Shown here piece by piece: positions 1 to 15,520 of a stretch of DNA of 64,000 nucleotides. The stretch comes from Chrysomallon squamiferum (Eukaryota > Animalia > Mollusca). How positions within the stretch are numbered: position 1 is the first letter of the stretch; every line of letters begins with the position of its first letter. Made by a program: the position numbers and the translations under genes. The notes beneath the pieces were generated by a model that ran no database searches, was not told the origin of the DNA, and saw nothing but the letters and a program-made list of their open reading frames with translations. The stretch covers positions 14,508,001 through 14,572,000 of the forward strand of contig CM022671.1 of the NCBI GenBank assembly GCA_012295275.1, in the 5' to 3' direction.

Positions 1-532
1 CTTTTTTCTTTTTACACACATTTAAAGTAATCTTATAAAACTAGACAGCATAATCGATGATCGATCAGTGTGAAGAGTCGAAGTATTATCATTAAAACGA
101 ATAGTTTGTGTTTGTTCGAGAATATATATATATATATTCTGTAACAGACACAAATTATTACTACATATGCATATTCCCAAACGCACACATATACACATAT
201 CCATACATACATATATGTGGAGGTGCTTAATGTGACCAAAAATAATATAGAAAAGAAGATCTAGGTGAACATGAAACTAGCATTTCATTAAAAGGAAGGC
301 AACTGTGTATAATAATAATAATAATAATCTTGTTCAAATGCGCTTAACAACATCGAATTCAAAATCTAAAAGTTAAAACACAGAGGAATAAAAAATGCAA
401 GTTTTGAGCCTTAAAACCACTGTTTGCGATTTTTTAACTGATGACGGTAAAAATCTGTTCAGGTGTCTATAACTGAAGATGAAATGAACTTCATGTTTTT
501 TGTACTAATTTTTGTTTTTTCTTCATTTTCAG

Positions 533-1328
533 CTGCCTTGAACTCAGAGATCTTGCTCCTCGGTCTGCAAAATCGTCAGCTTCCGCAAAGAAATACCGAA
601 CTGTGGATGGAGACGACAGGAGGTCAGAACGAGGCTCGGCCGGGCCAAGGTCCTGCAGAACAACAATTCCTAACCTGGCGCCTGTCAGAAAATGTAAGTC
701 TCCCAAAGAAACAATGTCACCACGGTCACAAGACCAGTCGCTGCCAGTGGACCGATATCTCGATCTTCAGCAAGCGCTGCCAAAAATCAGAAATAAAACC
801 AGAATAAGCCCTGATCCGATTTCGGGATCAAAGTTTGAAAAGCGATTAACGGCAGAATCGACTACACAAGTGCAACGGCGTACAGAACATCCGTCGAAAA
901 TAAGCGACCATGAAACGTCCTTGCAGCAGAGCAACACAGAAATCGCAGTGGCAATATCACGCATCAAGGCGATGAAAAAAGAAATAAAAACAGTGAAAAT
1001 GTCCGACTTCTTCACAACCACGGTGAACGACGAAAGCGTTCATCCACAGGTGAGGAGGCGGATCTCAGACGAGAGCGAACATCTCAGAACAGACGGCGAT
1101 AGAACTTCACTTCGCGCCACCAAGACTTCAAAGCAAAAACACTGCACGAAGAAAGCGAAGTGCGAGAAACGACCATGCGCGCGGTTAATATCCGTGACGC
1201 TGGGGGACATAGGACTCACGTGCGAGTCGGACGTGGAAAATGTGAAACGAGAAGAATCTACGTGTTACAGACTGAAAAAATCCAGAAGCAAAAAGCAAAC
1301 AGATGTACTTTCACCAGCAGCAAGATAG
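533..1328 (+). CDS. Probable terminal coding exon of an unidentified upstream gene (about 264 codons; basic, Ser/Lys/Arg/Thr-rich, likely disordered)
   Basis: Branch-like TACTAAT at 503-509, a polypyrimidine tract and AG at 531-532. The frame is open from 534 (CLELRDLAPRSAKSS...) through the 603..1328 ORF to TAG, and GC content is well above the flanks. No domain recognised. Confidence 0.6.
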
Positions 1329-1571
1329 TTTAAAATCACACCAGCTGTTATATTTTTTTACGCAATATGAAAATGTGAATTTTAAACTCACGTGGATATA
1401 AAACTTCTTTGTGTGAACAGTTCATATTGATATTTAAAAACTTTAAAAAAACAAAAAAAGGAACGTATTTATATATCTTGCTTTTATTTTATACCTAAAT
1501 TAATAATTTTGTATTTTTTTTGGCTTCCTTAGCCTCTGATTGCATTCAAAATATTTGAAAGAATATAATGC

Positions 1572-1603
<32 letters not shown>

Positions 1604-2062
1604 TTTTCTTGACTTGCATTTTTTAATTTAATTTTTTTTTTTTTTTTTCTTCATCAATCTTTTATTTCCAGTGGCTAAATCATCAACAAAAGCTCATTAA
1701 AAATCTATTCTTTGTCTTTCTTTGCTCATAACCTTTCTTTCTGGAATCTGTCTAGAAAGTATTTTGACTTGACGTTTGTACAGCCGCTTTTGTGCTTTGC
1801 TCTCACATCTCCATGTAAAAGGCTCATAAAAAGGGAGGTAACAAAATTATTATTATTATTTATTTATTTACAACAAAATGAATTCTGCAAGAAGTGAATC
1901 CAGTTATCAAAATTAGAATCTTAAAACTTGCAAAAATTTTAAATAACGTTTTCAACTGAAATATTGTTTTCATGGATAACATTTAAACATATCTTTTGTA
2001 TTTTTCATTGTCTATTAGTGCCAAATTACTTTATAAAGCATTGATTACTCATCACGTTGAAA

Positions 2063-2133
<71 letters not shown>

Positions 2134-2167
2134 AAAGAAACATAATAAAAAACCCTTCAAAAAATAT

Positions 2168-2198
<31 letters not shown>

Positions 2199-3762
2199 CC
2201 CTACCTAATATTGTGAGTTAAATAACAAAAAGCGAGTTTGGTGATACACATTTTGCACTGTCATAACGTCAAGAAACTGTTTCCTGCGACAGAGATTTGG
2301 AGTCGTCTGCATGATTTCCAAATCGAACCACAAATAAATGATGAATCAGTCACAATAGAAAAAAAAAATAATAATAAAATCACCACAAATTTACTTTTCA
2401 TAAACTTAATTAAGTGTTTTCTCCAAAATCAACGACGTTTAGTGTGTTTGAATTAAAATCAGAAAACGTAGATTTATAACAAAACAAACAATAAATAAAA
2501 ATGGTTCCATGGACAAAAAGTCTATAGCAATATGGGCCTACAAAAAAAACGCTCGAGCTCTCCACCTGAACGCGATTTGGTAAGAAAACAACACACCATC
2601 ACAGAAGAATTGAAATTATTTATTTATTTATTTATTTATTTAATATTGTTATTTTTGACTGTGTTAGAAAAGTACCGTGAAGTTTAAAATAACAGATTCT
2701 AATTAATCAGAAGAACTGCAGACACTGATTACTAAACTGCGTTTTACATTGAACAACAAAGAGAACAAGACGTAGCTTTCGTTATTTTATTTATTCTTTC
2801 TTTCTTGCGGTTTTTTATGCTCACATAGTTTATGCTCATTTTTTGTTTATATATCTGTCTTATGACAAAGAAAGAAACAGTCATTTAAAGAATGGAATAA
2901 AAACAAAAAAAAAAAGAAAGAACATAAAGAAAGAAACAAAGAAGAATGCTTCTGCTAATAATAATAATAACACATTGGGTGCAGTCAAAACAACGGTAAA
3001 CACGAAAATAAGTTACGACGGTGTCGTCAAGTGAAGGGAAATATCGTTGTCAACGCGAGATTCGTACGTGGATAAGAACATCAAAAAGCTATTAGAATCA
3101 CGTAAATATTCCGTGCTGAAACAGTCCGCTGTCTTGTTTGTTTGTCGTCCGCGGTTCACTGCCGTCGTGCCTGTTTATGTAAATGGCAAATGTCTTATTT
3201 CCTCAGATTTATCATCTCATTTGTGTTTTCCCAGTCGACACAAGATGAAGAGATAAGCTCTGTCTCTCTGTCTCTCTCTCTGTTTCTCTGCTGACTCTAA
3301 TAAGACGTCACCCACATTCAGTGTCAGCGGTGGATCGGGAGTTCGTGTGTGAAGTGGGTGGCGATGTGGTAGGGACGGGACGATGAAGTGCTCTTTGTTT
3401 TTGTTTTTCTGTGTGAAGTGCAAGAACACCTTTTATACTGAATATATATATATATATATATATAAGAAGCATTTATTTATATTTCCTGTTTGAGATAAGT
3501 ACATTCAGAGAGTTCAATAATAAATACTAAAACTGATCATGTTGTTTTGGAGCATTGAGAGATTTTGAGAAGAAGCTGCAGAACAACAACAATAATAATA
3601 AATAAATAAATAAAACAAAAACTCTTTCAAACAATAATATTAACAAAAACACATCTTCATTTTAGTTTAGTTTTCAATATAATTTTTACAAATACTTTAT
3701 AAAATGAGATTTTTTTATTTTTTTATTTATAATTTAAATACTTTTAAGTCTTTTTATTTAAT

Positions 3763-3894
3763 ATTTATTTTAATTTTAATTTTGTGGGAAAGGTAACTGC
3801 TCATTAAAGGGACAGAACATTATATTGCTATTATTAGTGTTTGTTATTGTTGTTATTATTTTTATTATATTATTGCTTCTGCTATTGTTATTCC

Positions 3895-3949
<55 letters not shown>

Positions 3950-4094
3950 AAATTTATTTTTAATTTTAATTTTGTGGGAAAAGGTTACTACTCATTAAAG
4001 GGACTCAACATTTTATTGCCATTTTCAGTGTTTGTTATTGTTCTTATTATTTTTATTATATTATTGCTTCTGCTACTGTTATTCCTATTACTCC

Positions 4095-4140
<46 letters not shown>
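3763..4140. repeat. Local tandem duplication, two copies of about 190 bp, each ending in (TAT)n
   Basis: ttttaattttgtgggaaaggt.act.ctcattaaaggga occurs at about 3774 and about 3964. Confidence 0.8.
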
Positions 4141-6371
4141 TAAAATTCTCATTGTTTTCTTTACGTCTGGTAATCGAGTTAAACACGTGTTTAAACATGG
4201 AGGAAATCCGCAGCAGACAATCGACTCCCGCGAGGTTTGTTTTGACTTGGCGCGGATCAAGTCGACAGGAATGTCGGGTTTCTCCGTGCTGTTGCGCTAT
4301 TCCGGTGGCGGAGAATGTAAATCATATTTATGGTTTGTTGAGGACCAATCTACTGTGACGTCGCATGTATATACTGTGTTTAAAACACAAGTGGCATGCG
4401 GCGAGCGGCAGCGAAGAACGCGCAGAATGGTTAAACGAAGCAGAACAGTTTAAGCAAAGCAAAGGCAGAAGAAGAATGGCGTGTAATTTTAAAATCACTT
4501 ATGGAAGTTACTAAATTGTCTTATCATTAATGCTCAGCTTAAATTCTTCTTCATCATACAAATAAATATAGCTGACTTGACGTCTTCTTTTTCTTACAAT
4601 CATCATCATCATCATCATCATCATTATTACTGTTGACAAAACAAACTTACTTTTGATGAATGTATTAGTAATTATTATATTCGTTTTGAAAAAAGATGAG
4701 AACCAAAGACAGAATTGTTCAAGTATATATATATATATATTTTATTTATTTTTATTTTTTTTTGTATTCTCTCCATGACGCGTCTAATAACATCTGTAAC
4801 AGTAAAATAAAAAAAAAAAAAAATAAAGTAACTAACAAATTCACATTTTAAGTATTGATACTGACGGTTTCATTATATTCTGTTCTTATAACGTGAGTGT
4901 GTGTATGTAACTTTGTATTTGTTTTTGGTGTGTGTGTTTTTAGCGTATATAATTAATATTAATATCGGAAACAGTTCATTCTTTGCAGAATCTGTGTAAA
5001 TATTATTTCAAATTGTAAAAGAAAAATGTGTATTTTTTTTTCTCGCTGAGTGAATTCAAGGAATAGTTGCAGATATTGAGATATCCAACTAAGTTAACTC
5101 TTTTATATATATATATATATAATAAAAAAAACCAAATAAGTAAATAAACTAAATAAATAAAAAAAGAAAGAAAGGAAAAAACACCTAAACATAAACAAAA
5201 AAATAATAAATAAATAAAGAAACAATACTTACAGATACTGAGATACAAAAATAAATGATTAAAATAAATAAAATAAAATAAACGGAAAAAAAACCCAAAA
5301 AAAAAAAGAAGCAGAGAAACAAACAAACAAATAAATAAATCAATAAATATGGAAAACTATGTCATTCTCACATGTTCATTACTAACATAATCACGATAAT
5401 GAAGCTAAAGACTGCAGTAGTTTAAACATGTTTTTCTTGGTTTATTTGAACACTGTTGTAAATTACTGCTAGTAAGTGACGCTGTAGTAAATATTTCACA
5501 CGTCACAGAATGATGAACAGTAAATAATTGTCAAACTGATTTGTGACACAACGGCAAATTTGTGACGAGGAAATTCACTGTCAGCTCTTTCCCTAGATTC
5601 TCGTGCACGTCTTCAGTATGACACAGCTAATGTGTGGATATCTATCAGTTATTACTTTGTAGTCCGTGAACTATTCATTGTGTCTGTGTCTTATTCGTTT
5701 ACATTTGTCAGTTATTCGTTTATATCTATGAATTATTCGTTTATTTGTTATATATTGTTAATTTATTTAAGGTATTGGTTTATACTGATAATTTAGTTCT
5801 ATGTATTTGTTTCTATAATATTAATCGCTTATTTATATTGTTCATTTATTCTTATCATTCACCTATTTTTATGTATTATTCAGTTTTATCTTTTTATGTT
5901 AATAATTTATTTCTAATATATTATGTACATGTAATTTTATTATTAATTTGTTTTTATTTGTTTTTATTTATTTATTTATTTTTGTGCATTATGGCTTTAA
6001 TTTTATATCCCATTCATTTTTGTTTTTGTTTTTTTATATTATTCATTTATTTTTATATAATAATTCATTTATTTCTGAAACTTTGACTTCTTAGTCACAA
6101 AGCTATTTTATGTATTATTCATTAAATAAGTTTTAGAATGTTCTATACAGAACAAAAAACAATAATAAAAATAATAATTAATATATAAAAGTAGAAAGTA
6201 GAAATTGTTATAAACAACATTAATAAAAATTAAAATATTAAAGACATAATATATGAAAGAAGAAAGCAGAAATTGTTATAAACAACATTAATAAAAATTT
6301 AAATATTAACGACATAATATATGAAAGAAAAAGTCGAAATTGAAAACAACAAAAATTTAAAAAAAAAAATA

Positions 6372-6402
<31 letters not shown>

Positions 6403-7004
6403 GATGAAGGAAAACAAAATATATTAAACAAAAAAAAAAAAAAAAAAAAAGAAAAAAACAATAAAACATTTAAAAAAAAGAAAAATAAAAAAATTAAAAA
6501 AAAAAAAAAAAAAAAAAAAAGGGAAATGAACAAACTGATTATGGAAGAAAACTTCTTTCCGGGCTCTTGACTTTAATTTTTAACGAGCGTGTTTAAAGCC
6601 AGCTCTGCGTGTTCGTTTTTGTATTCACCGCTCGGCGTCTGTCAGAGTCTCCATAAATAAGCGCAAACTCGAGCGGCTGGCGCGCTCCGCCATGTTTTAC
6701 ACTTCGCCAATCGCTTTCCCGGACGCACTGTCATCGCGCCCAGATGCAAGGTGCAATTTGTTAGGATTCACTGACGGAATTCATGCCTACTATTCCCCGC
6801 AACAAATGGCGTGATGAAAGCTCGGAAAGAAATACCGTTTTGCCCTTCGTGAAATTTCCAGTTTAGAGATTTTTCCGGGAATAGCTTTTATTGATAATTA
6901 GGAAGTGCTCTCGTTTTTTTTTTTTTTTTTTTTTTTTTTTCTTTCTTTTTTTTTATTAGTTTTTTTTTTTTTTTTCTTTTCTCGCAGATGTTTTTTTAAT
7001 TATA

Positions 7005-7043
<39 letters not shown>

Positions 7044-7209
7044 AATTATTATTAATATTTATTATTATTACTATTATTATTATTATTATTATTTTATTTT
7101 TTACATATTGTTATTATTATTGTTGTTATTGTTATTACTGTTGTTGTTATTGTTATTATTATCGTTGTGGTTGTTATTGTTGTTGCTGTTGTTGTTATAT
7201 TTATTATTG

Positions 7210-7268
<59 letters not shown>

Positions 7269-7599
7269 TTAAATACATTTTGTCAGCAATTTACTACTAT
7301 AATTTCCTTAAAAATATTTTAGAACATATTTTATCTATTTGTTTATTCGATTGTTAAACTGAATTGTAAAAAAAAAAAAAAAAAAATATGTTGGCCATAA
7401 ATGTAATTTTAATGTTTTCGCATTAGTAATAATGAGGAATCTGTTTATTAGTTGTTTTGGTCGTTCGTCAGAAATCTGTCATTTTTCAGTTTATTTTTAT
7501 TGTATTTTGTTTTGAATGTATACACATATACATACACACCCAGTCAGACACATATTCTTTTTGTTTAAGTTTTTGTTTTTGTTCATCCTTGTTGTTAGG

Positions 7600-7623
7600 C
7601 TACTACTATTATTATTATTATTA

Positions 7624-7669
<46 letters not shown>

Positions 7670-7767
7670 GATTATTATTATTATTATAATTATTAATATT
7701 ATTATTATTATTATTATGATTGTTATTATTATTATTATTATTATTACTATAATTATTATTATTATCA

Positions 7768-7829
<62 letters not shown>

Positions 7830-7850
7830 GTTATTATTATTATTATTATT
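7600..7850. repeat. (TAT)n microsatellite, representative of dozens of (TAA)n, (GA)n, (CA)n and (TA)n tracts in the window
   Basis: Seen directly; these tracts generate the poly-N/I/Y/L/SL/ER ORFs in the track. Confidence 0.95.
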
Positions 7851-8535
7851 CATACACTTCAGAAAGCAAGACACGTATTAATAATTAACAATTAATTATT
7901 TTTAATATTGGGCTGACTATTTTATTTAAGTTTTTTGACCGTCTATGGTTTTATTTTAAACTGACATAATAATAATAATACGATAATTAATTTATTTGTC
8001 TGTTTTTTTTATAGGTATATATTTAGTGCTACCTTTTTACTGCTGATGTCGAATTGTTGTTAATCATGTTCTTGTTCTGGAATAAATAAAATTTATTTAA
8101 CAGATTGTTAGTTTTCTTTTTTTACTAATACAGTTTAAAACTAATTAAATATTCCTGTTTGTACAAGTAAATTTCTAACTTATCTGTGGATGTTTATAAG
8201 ATTAAATTATTAATTACAATCAGCAGATTTATTAATTTTTAATTTGTTTATATATTGTTTATATATAAAATAATAAATTATCTTTGTTTACGGTACAAAC
8301 ATATATATATATTAATTAAGAGCAAATTGAATAATAAATGACAGAAATTAGAATTATTAAAACCAGTAATAGCACAGACATTTCATTTAATCCTACTTTA
8401 ATATCAGAATTAAATGAGAAACCATTGTAGTGATACAAATATTACTTAACCAATATTTAGCAGTACACTAGTAGAACACGCTCTGCACTGTAATACATGT
8501 TAATATTTTTATTTATTATGTTATTTAACAGACAG

Positions 8536-8659
<124 letters not shown>

Positions 8660-8767
8660 GTTTGTGTGTTTTATATATACATATATAAGAAACACAGATA
8701 GAGAGAGAGAGAGCAACTATTTAAGAAAAATAAAATAAAATTTAAAATAAGCATGGCTTATAATAAC

Positions 8768-8809
<42 letters not shown>

Positions 8810-8864
8810 TACTTAAAATTTAAACTCACTTAAATAGATTTGTGTGTGTGTGTATATGTGTATA

Positions 8865-8923
<59 letters not shown>

Positions 8924-9237
8924 CTATGAAAAACGAGTATGTGTGTGTGTGTGTGTATAGTGGATTTTCCTATCTTCATTTTAAATTTCATCTTTTCACC
9001 TTATTTTGTGCTCATATATGCTGAGTGGTAACATTTATATATCAGTACTTAAAATTTAAACTCACTTAAATAGATATGTGGCGATCTGTGTGTAGGTCAA
9101 GAGTCCGCGTGCTGTGTGTATATATATGTGTGTCTTACATATATATATATATATATACATCCCTGAAATATATTTATTATTGTTTCCATGATCTAACGAA
9201 ACGGACTATATACATATACATATAGATATATATACAT

Positions 9238-9279
<42 letters not shown>

Positions 9280-10383
9280 GCGCGCGCATGCACACTCAAC
9301 ACACATCTATATATGCACTGAAAAACCATTAATTTAATTTCTCAAGTAAAAAAATTATCTTTAAAAAGTTTATCACACGATCATTTAAAAAGGTGATAAA
9401 TGCCTAATAATTACCCGTTTCGTTTCGGTGCACAGAACTGCTGAAACTGATCTGTTTTAAGGCAAAAAGATTTTTTCTTTTTTTTCTTTTTTCAGGAATT
9501 CTAAGCATCGGCTTTAGTTCTCATGTCAGCGAGTTTTTAAATCCACCCACACATTTTACCAGACCACACATCTACTAACTGACCTTAAAAGTAAAAATAA
9601 ATTTAAAAATTAAAAGATTCGTAAGTAAATATTAGAGCAAAAAAATAAATTATATTTTGGCCACAATGATTCGTATTGTTTTATATTGTCTTCTGCATTA
9701 ACAATTACATCAGTGATGTGCTAAACTAAACAAATCAGAAATGTGTTGGATGTATTTAATAAAAAAATAAACATTGACAGTGCTTATTTCTCGCCTATCT
9801 GAATATTAACATAAAATCCTTTCCTTTTCTTGTTTTTTTTTTTTGTTTTGTCTTTTTTTTTTTTTTTTTTGGTCTTTTTTTTTTATTTTTTTTTTTTTGT
9901 TTTTTTTCCATAACACATTAAAAAAAAAACATAAATTCACATACAAATTTCGTTCCATTATAAAGACGAAGAATACCAGTAATAACAGTGAAACTGTCTA
10001 TGAAAATGAGTTACTGGAAAAAAAAACTAAAAGTATTACTGCTCGTTCTTGTTTTGTTTTTTTTAAGCTGTTAAACGATATTAATTTAGAAATAACTTTT
10101 TTTTTCTTTTTTTTTTTAAATATTGTAACTATCGACATTTCACGTTTAAATCATTCATATCATGTTTAAATCACAAAAAGTATATATATAAAGTGTTTCA
10201 TTATTAAAACTGAAAATAACAATAATATATATATTTTTTAGTTTTGTAATGTTTAAATTCTGTGTAATTAGAATCCTCGCCTACAGAATCAGCTAGAATA
10301 AAATGCAGGATTTTAAATTAACTCTACCCATATTATCTGTATTTAAATTACCATTACTTTTCCAGTGTAATTAATTAAATTAG

Positions 10384-10426
<43 letters not shown>

Positions 10427-10461
10427 GAAGAAGAAGAAGAAGAAGAAGTTAATTAAATTAG

Positions 10462-10505
<44 letters not shown>

Positions 10506-10519
10506 TATAATAATAATAA

Positions 10520-10550
<31 letters not shown>

Positions 10551-11006
10551 AAGAAGAAGAATAGTAATAAGAATAATAATAACAATAATAATAACAATAC
10601 AAAAAAATAATAGTAATAATAATAATAATGATAATAATATTAACAATAATAATTAAAAAATTCATCATCATCGTGATTGTTGTTGTTGTTGTTATTATTA
10701 TTATTAATATTATTTTGCGAAAAACCTCTCAGGATAAGTGTGGGTTTCATTTAGATGTGTATTAACAAGTCTAAACGGTGATTACAACATTCACTTGTGA
10801 ACTGTGCGTTTTATATTTTAAAACGTAACTTAGTAGTTCCTACTTACAAACAAGCTGCTGTAGCCCAGACTTCACAGCGGTAAGAAATATTTAACTTTAT
10901 TTTATTTATTTTTTTTTTTTTTTTTTTGATAACACACGTTTGTAATTGTGTCATTACATTTACACATTTCACGAGGACCACCGACAGGGAAAAAAAAAAA
11001 GAATTC

Positions 11007-11037
<31 letters not shown>

Positions 11038-11538
11038 TTGTTTGACGAATGAACTCGACTTGCAAGGTTGTTGTCACGTCAGCGATTTCTCACGGAAACT
11101 GCCGAGCGTTGAACTCGTTGAAAGTTCTACTCATGTACTTGGCACCATCATTCGAACCCGATCACGGCGAATTAAGTATACGTGAAAAGAGCGATGTTGA
11201 CATTTCCTTTCTCGAAGGATTCAGCTGATGATGTCCTGTTGATAAGATACATCCCCTCTCCCAGCCGATAACAGCTTTCAGAGAATTATTCGTTGACATA
11301 TCAAAGTATTCTGTGTAACAAAACCACGTTTAACATGGCGAAGGAGAGAGAAAAAAAACACAATTTAAAACAATAACAATTTGAAATGTAGATAGATCAA
11401 ATGTTTGTCTGTTAGAACTGGAATAATAATAATAATAATAAGAAGAAGAAAAAGAAGAAGAAGAAGAAGAAGAAGAAGAAGAAAAATAACAGTAACAACA
11501 ACAATAATAATAAAAAAAACAACAACAATAATAATAAC

Positions 11539-11611
<73 letters not shown>

Positions 11612-11862
11612 TAATGGTTTTAGGTAAACAAGTGTGTCTAACAATCTAAATACATTAAAAAAAATGAAATGTGAAACCTTTACCTACGATGAAATAAAGA
11701 AAAAAACAACCGAAAATCAAAACAAAACCAAAAAGAAACAACGAAAAAAACCCACACAAAACAATTAAAAAGAAAACGAAGAGGAATTTAGAAAAAGGAG
11801 GAAAATATAAAAACAAAATAAAAAATTATATTTTTTTCGTTCCTTCAAATAATTATATAGAT

Positions 11863-11935
<73 letters not shown>

Positions 11936-12802
11936 TAGAGACAACAGACAATTACTGAAGACAAGAAATTTGAGGAAATCGTTCTGCTTTCAGCATCCTA
12001 CAAATATCCCCACCTTTCTGTCGTCACCCCGACGTCAAAATGACGTGTCAAAGAGACCATAAAATGAGGGAAAACACGAACTCGAGCACAACTGCCACTG
12101 ATAAACATTTGCCGAGAATTTTTACTGCAGTAGAAAAACTCTCGCTGATGAACATATAATTGCACCTCCTCTGTAATAAACTGCTTAATGGAGGCAGTTT
12201 GTCGCTTATATCAAAGCTGAAGCTGAACACGATCCTTGTAGCTATTCTGTATGAAACCGAAATTTGTGTATCATTCTCCCGTTAACACATATTAATTTTA
12301 TGAAATCCGCTTCCAGGCTGCTTCCTTTATGTCGTGGGTGGCATTGATGATTTAACTACATCTGAAGGAAATGTGGAATTTTAAAATGGTCGTCAAAATG
12401 GCAGAAATGTTGAGTTATAATTGCTTTATGTTCTTAAATGTCGATCGGATGTTAAAGAACATATATCTGTCTTCGACACTGGTGTTGTTTTCGCCGCTAC
12501 GAGATAAACAGCTGCCACAACAACGGAAGGAAAGGTCGTATCAACAACGTAAGCAAAACGCGGACACAAACAAAGTAAGTCAATGCTGATATGGTCAATT
12601 TTAATTCGCCGTTTTGAAAAAAACAAAAAAAACTAAAATAATTAAAACACACACCAAAAACCCCACACTTTATAACATTAAGATTTTTATGTTATCGCTA
12701 TAACCTAAAGTGTATTGCGATCTTTTCTACATCGGAATTTAACCCTGAAACATATTATTATTTTTCTACCTTTAATATAGACACACTCCCATAATCATAG
12801 GT

Positions 12803-12865
<63 letters not shown>

Positions 12866-14442
12866 TTGATAATGATAAAACTAAAAGTAAAACTAGAAGT
12901 ATTATATTTTTAATAAAAAATCAACATCTGTAATAATATTTTAAGGTTAAAATCAAATAATTTATGTTTAAAACAATCATTATTTTTAAGAAAATGTTTC
13001 TAGAGAAAAAATGAAGAACATGTACAAGGTAGAAATAATAAATAAATAAATAAATATTCACCAAAAAAAGAATATTACATATACCTGTATGTATGTGTGT
13101 GTGTGTGTGTAAAAAGTGTGTAATATTAGTATATATATATATATATATATTAAATTATATATATCTAATAATTAAAAATAATAATAATAATAAATAATTT
13201 ATCTTTAAATATATATATATATAAACATTCTGGGAGAATATCTGGAAGTTAGATATTTAATGATCGAAAATTAAAAAATTCTGATAATCAGGAAATTATT
13301 AGTAACAGCGACAAAATTCTTTCTAAACGAGAACAATAAAAAGAAAAAGTTGATTTAATAAAATTTACTATAATTAACCCTTTAACAAACAACCACACAC
13401 ATGTAAATCAAACAAAAAATCAAACTCCAGAACCTAATGAATTTAAACATACATTGTATATTTATATATGTGTGTGTGAGTGTGTGTGTGTGTGTGTTTC
13501 TGATAGAAGGTTTAACAATGAACACGATTTTATTAAAAATATGCAGAGAAACAAAATGGCTAACAAAGCAGTAGACATGAAATATTAAGACAGATATTTC
13601 TAAATAGATGACTGATAGTTTCTCAGATACTAGGACTAAATGTATTCTCTAATTCTAAATTCATGTTATTAATTTAAAAATAAATAAATAAATAAATAGA
13701 TAAAAATCTAATATAAATCTAAATAAAATGGGAAGCTGTATCAGAACTGCAAGCTATTAACTTATTTATTTATTTATTTAATTATTTTTTTAAAATTTAA
13801 TTTATATATATATATATATTTTTTACAGCTTTATTGTTGACATTTTTAAAAATTAAGTAATAAAGCTACTAATATTATATATTTTATCACTATTTTTAAT
13901 TTACCTGTAATTTTACCACAATAAAAAATATAAACAAAAACTGTTTTATGATTTGTTTTTAATTTTATATTATCACAGTAACTTTTTAAATTATTTTTGG
14001 AACACATGTAACTTTTGTTGTTTTCATTTTAAAAGATGGTGTTTAGCTTGAGCTTTGATATAAGTGGAATAAAAAATAAAAATCTTTTTTTTTAAATTAA
14101 AAATACAAAGCTTGTGTTTTTGTTGTTTGGTTTTTCTCCTCCAAAGAACAGCATCTCAGATCGTACTGGGTGCGTGATGGTCTAAAAAAAGAAGAAATAT
14201 AAATATAAATATTAAAATTTGTTCTATGATTATTTTTGTTGTAGTTATTAATTTAATGATAAGGGGACAAATACAGTATTTTTCAAAAGTGACATATATA
14301 TAAAATTTCAGCTCGAAATATGAAAAAAAAAAAAAAAAGAAACCAAGAAAAAAAAAGAAGAAAAATTAAAAACAAAAACAAAAATAAAACAAACAAACAA
14401 ACAAACGAATAAATAAAGAACGATGCATGACTAAGCGAAGAC

Positions 14443-14672
14443 TTGCTATTTCTGTTTTTCTGTGAAAATCTGTTATTTCTGTTTTTCTGTGAAAATCTGT
14501 TATTTCTGTTTTTCTAAAAAAATCTGTTATTTCTGTTTTTCTAAAAAAAATCTGTTATTTCTGTTTTTCTAAAAAAATCTGTTATTTCTGTTTTTCTGTG
14601 AAAATCTGTTATTTCTGTTTTTCTAAAAAAATCTGTTATTTCTGTTTTTCTGAGAAGATCTGCTATTTCTGT
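14443..14672. repeat. Minisatellite, about 27-bp unit (aaaatctgttatttctgtttttct[gtg/aaa]), about 8 copies
   Basis: Unit starts at 14465, 14492 and onward. Confidence 0.9.
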
Positions 14673-14911
14673 AAAACGCTGCTGGTTATCACCTACCGTT
14701 TTCACACTGTCACACTTACATTTAAATCTGCTTACACTTCTGTCTGTATATTAGTAACAAAACTCTACAAAATTAAATATTACCAAAAAATAACAAATAA
14801 ATAAAAGTAATACCTAGTACTTTACAAATTATTGTATTGACATAACTCTAATTTCCTATCACAAGTTTATTTAATCAATAACTATAACAACAACATTACA
14901 ATTAACTTATT

Positions 14912-14951
<40 letters not shown>

Positions 14952-15284
14952 AATAAAAATGTTTACACTTTTAATGACAATATTATTTTTAACATCGGAG
15001 CATCAAAGCCTGAACATCATAGACCATGTTATTGCCGTTTTCACGGATCGTGGATTGGGCTTCACGTGCTAATTAGCGCGAAATTCGGCGGTACCGCGGG
15101 AGTCGTATATTGCAGGGACCTCGCTGTGCAGGGAAACATTAAAATGAAAGACAACACCAACACGAGGCTGGGTTCATCTGATAGCGCGTGACACGCTTAA
15201 TTACACACACACGTTGTTACATCACCACAACAACACTCTTTTTTATCAGCAGTTTTGTTTTTTTTTTATTTATTTATTTATTTA

Positions 15285-15520
15285 TTGATTTATTGATTGT
15301 TAGATTAAATGTTTGTTTATTTATTGATATTTATTTGTTTATTTATTTATTGATTGTTAGACTAAATGTTTGTTTATTTATTGATATTTTATTTATTTAT
15401 TTATTTACTGACTGTTAGATTAAATGTTTGTTGATTTATTGATATTTTATTTATTTATTTATTTACTGACTGTTAGATTATGTGTTTATTTATTGATATT
15501 TTATTTATTTATTGATATTT
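15285..15520. repeat. Degenerate tandem repeat, about 55-bp unit (tgttagattaaatgtttgtttatttattgatattt...), about 4 copies
   Basis: Seen directly. Confidence 0.75.

Noticed and set aside
1572-1598. Poly-A run after the 533-1328 exon, suggesting a retrocopy
   Set aside because: Similar A/T runs occur throughout the window, there is no AATAAA just upstream, and the exon has an intact splice acceptor.
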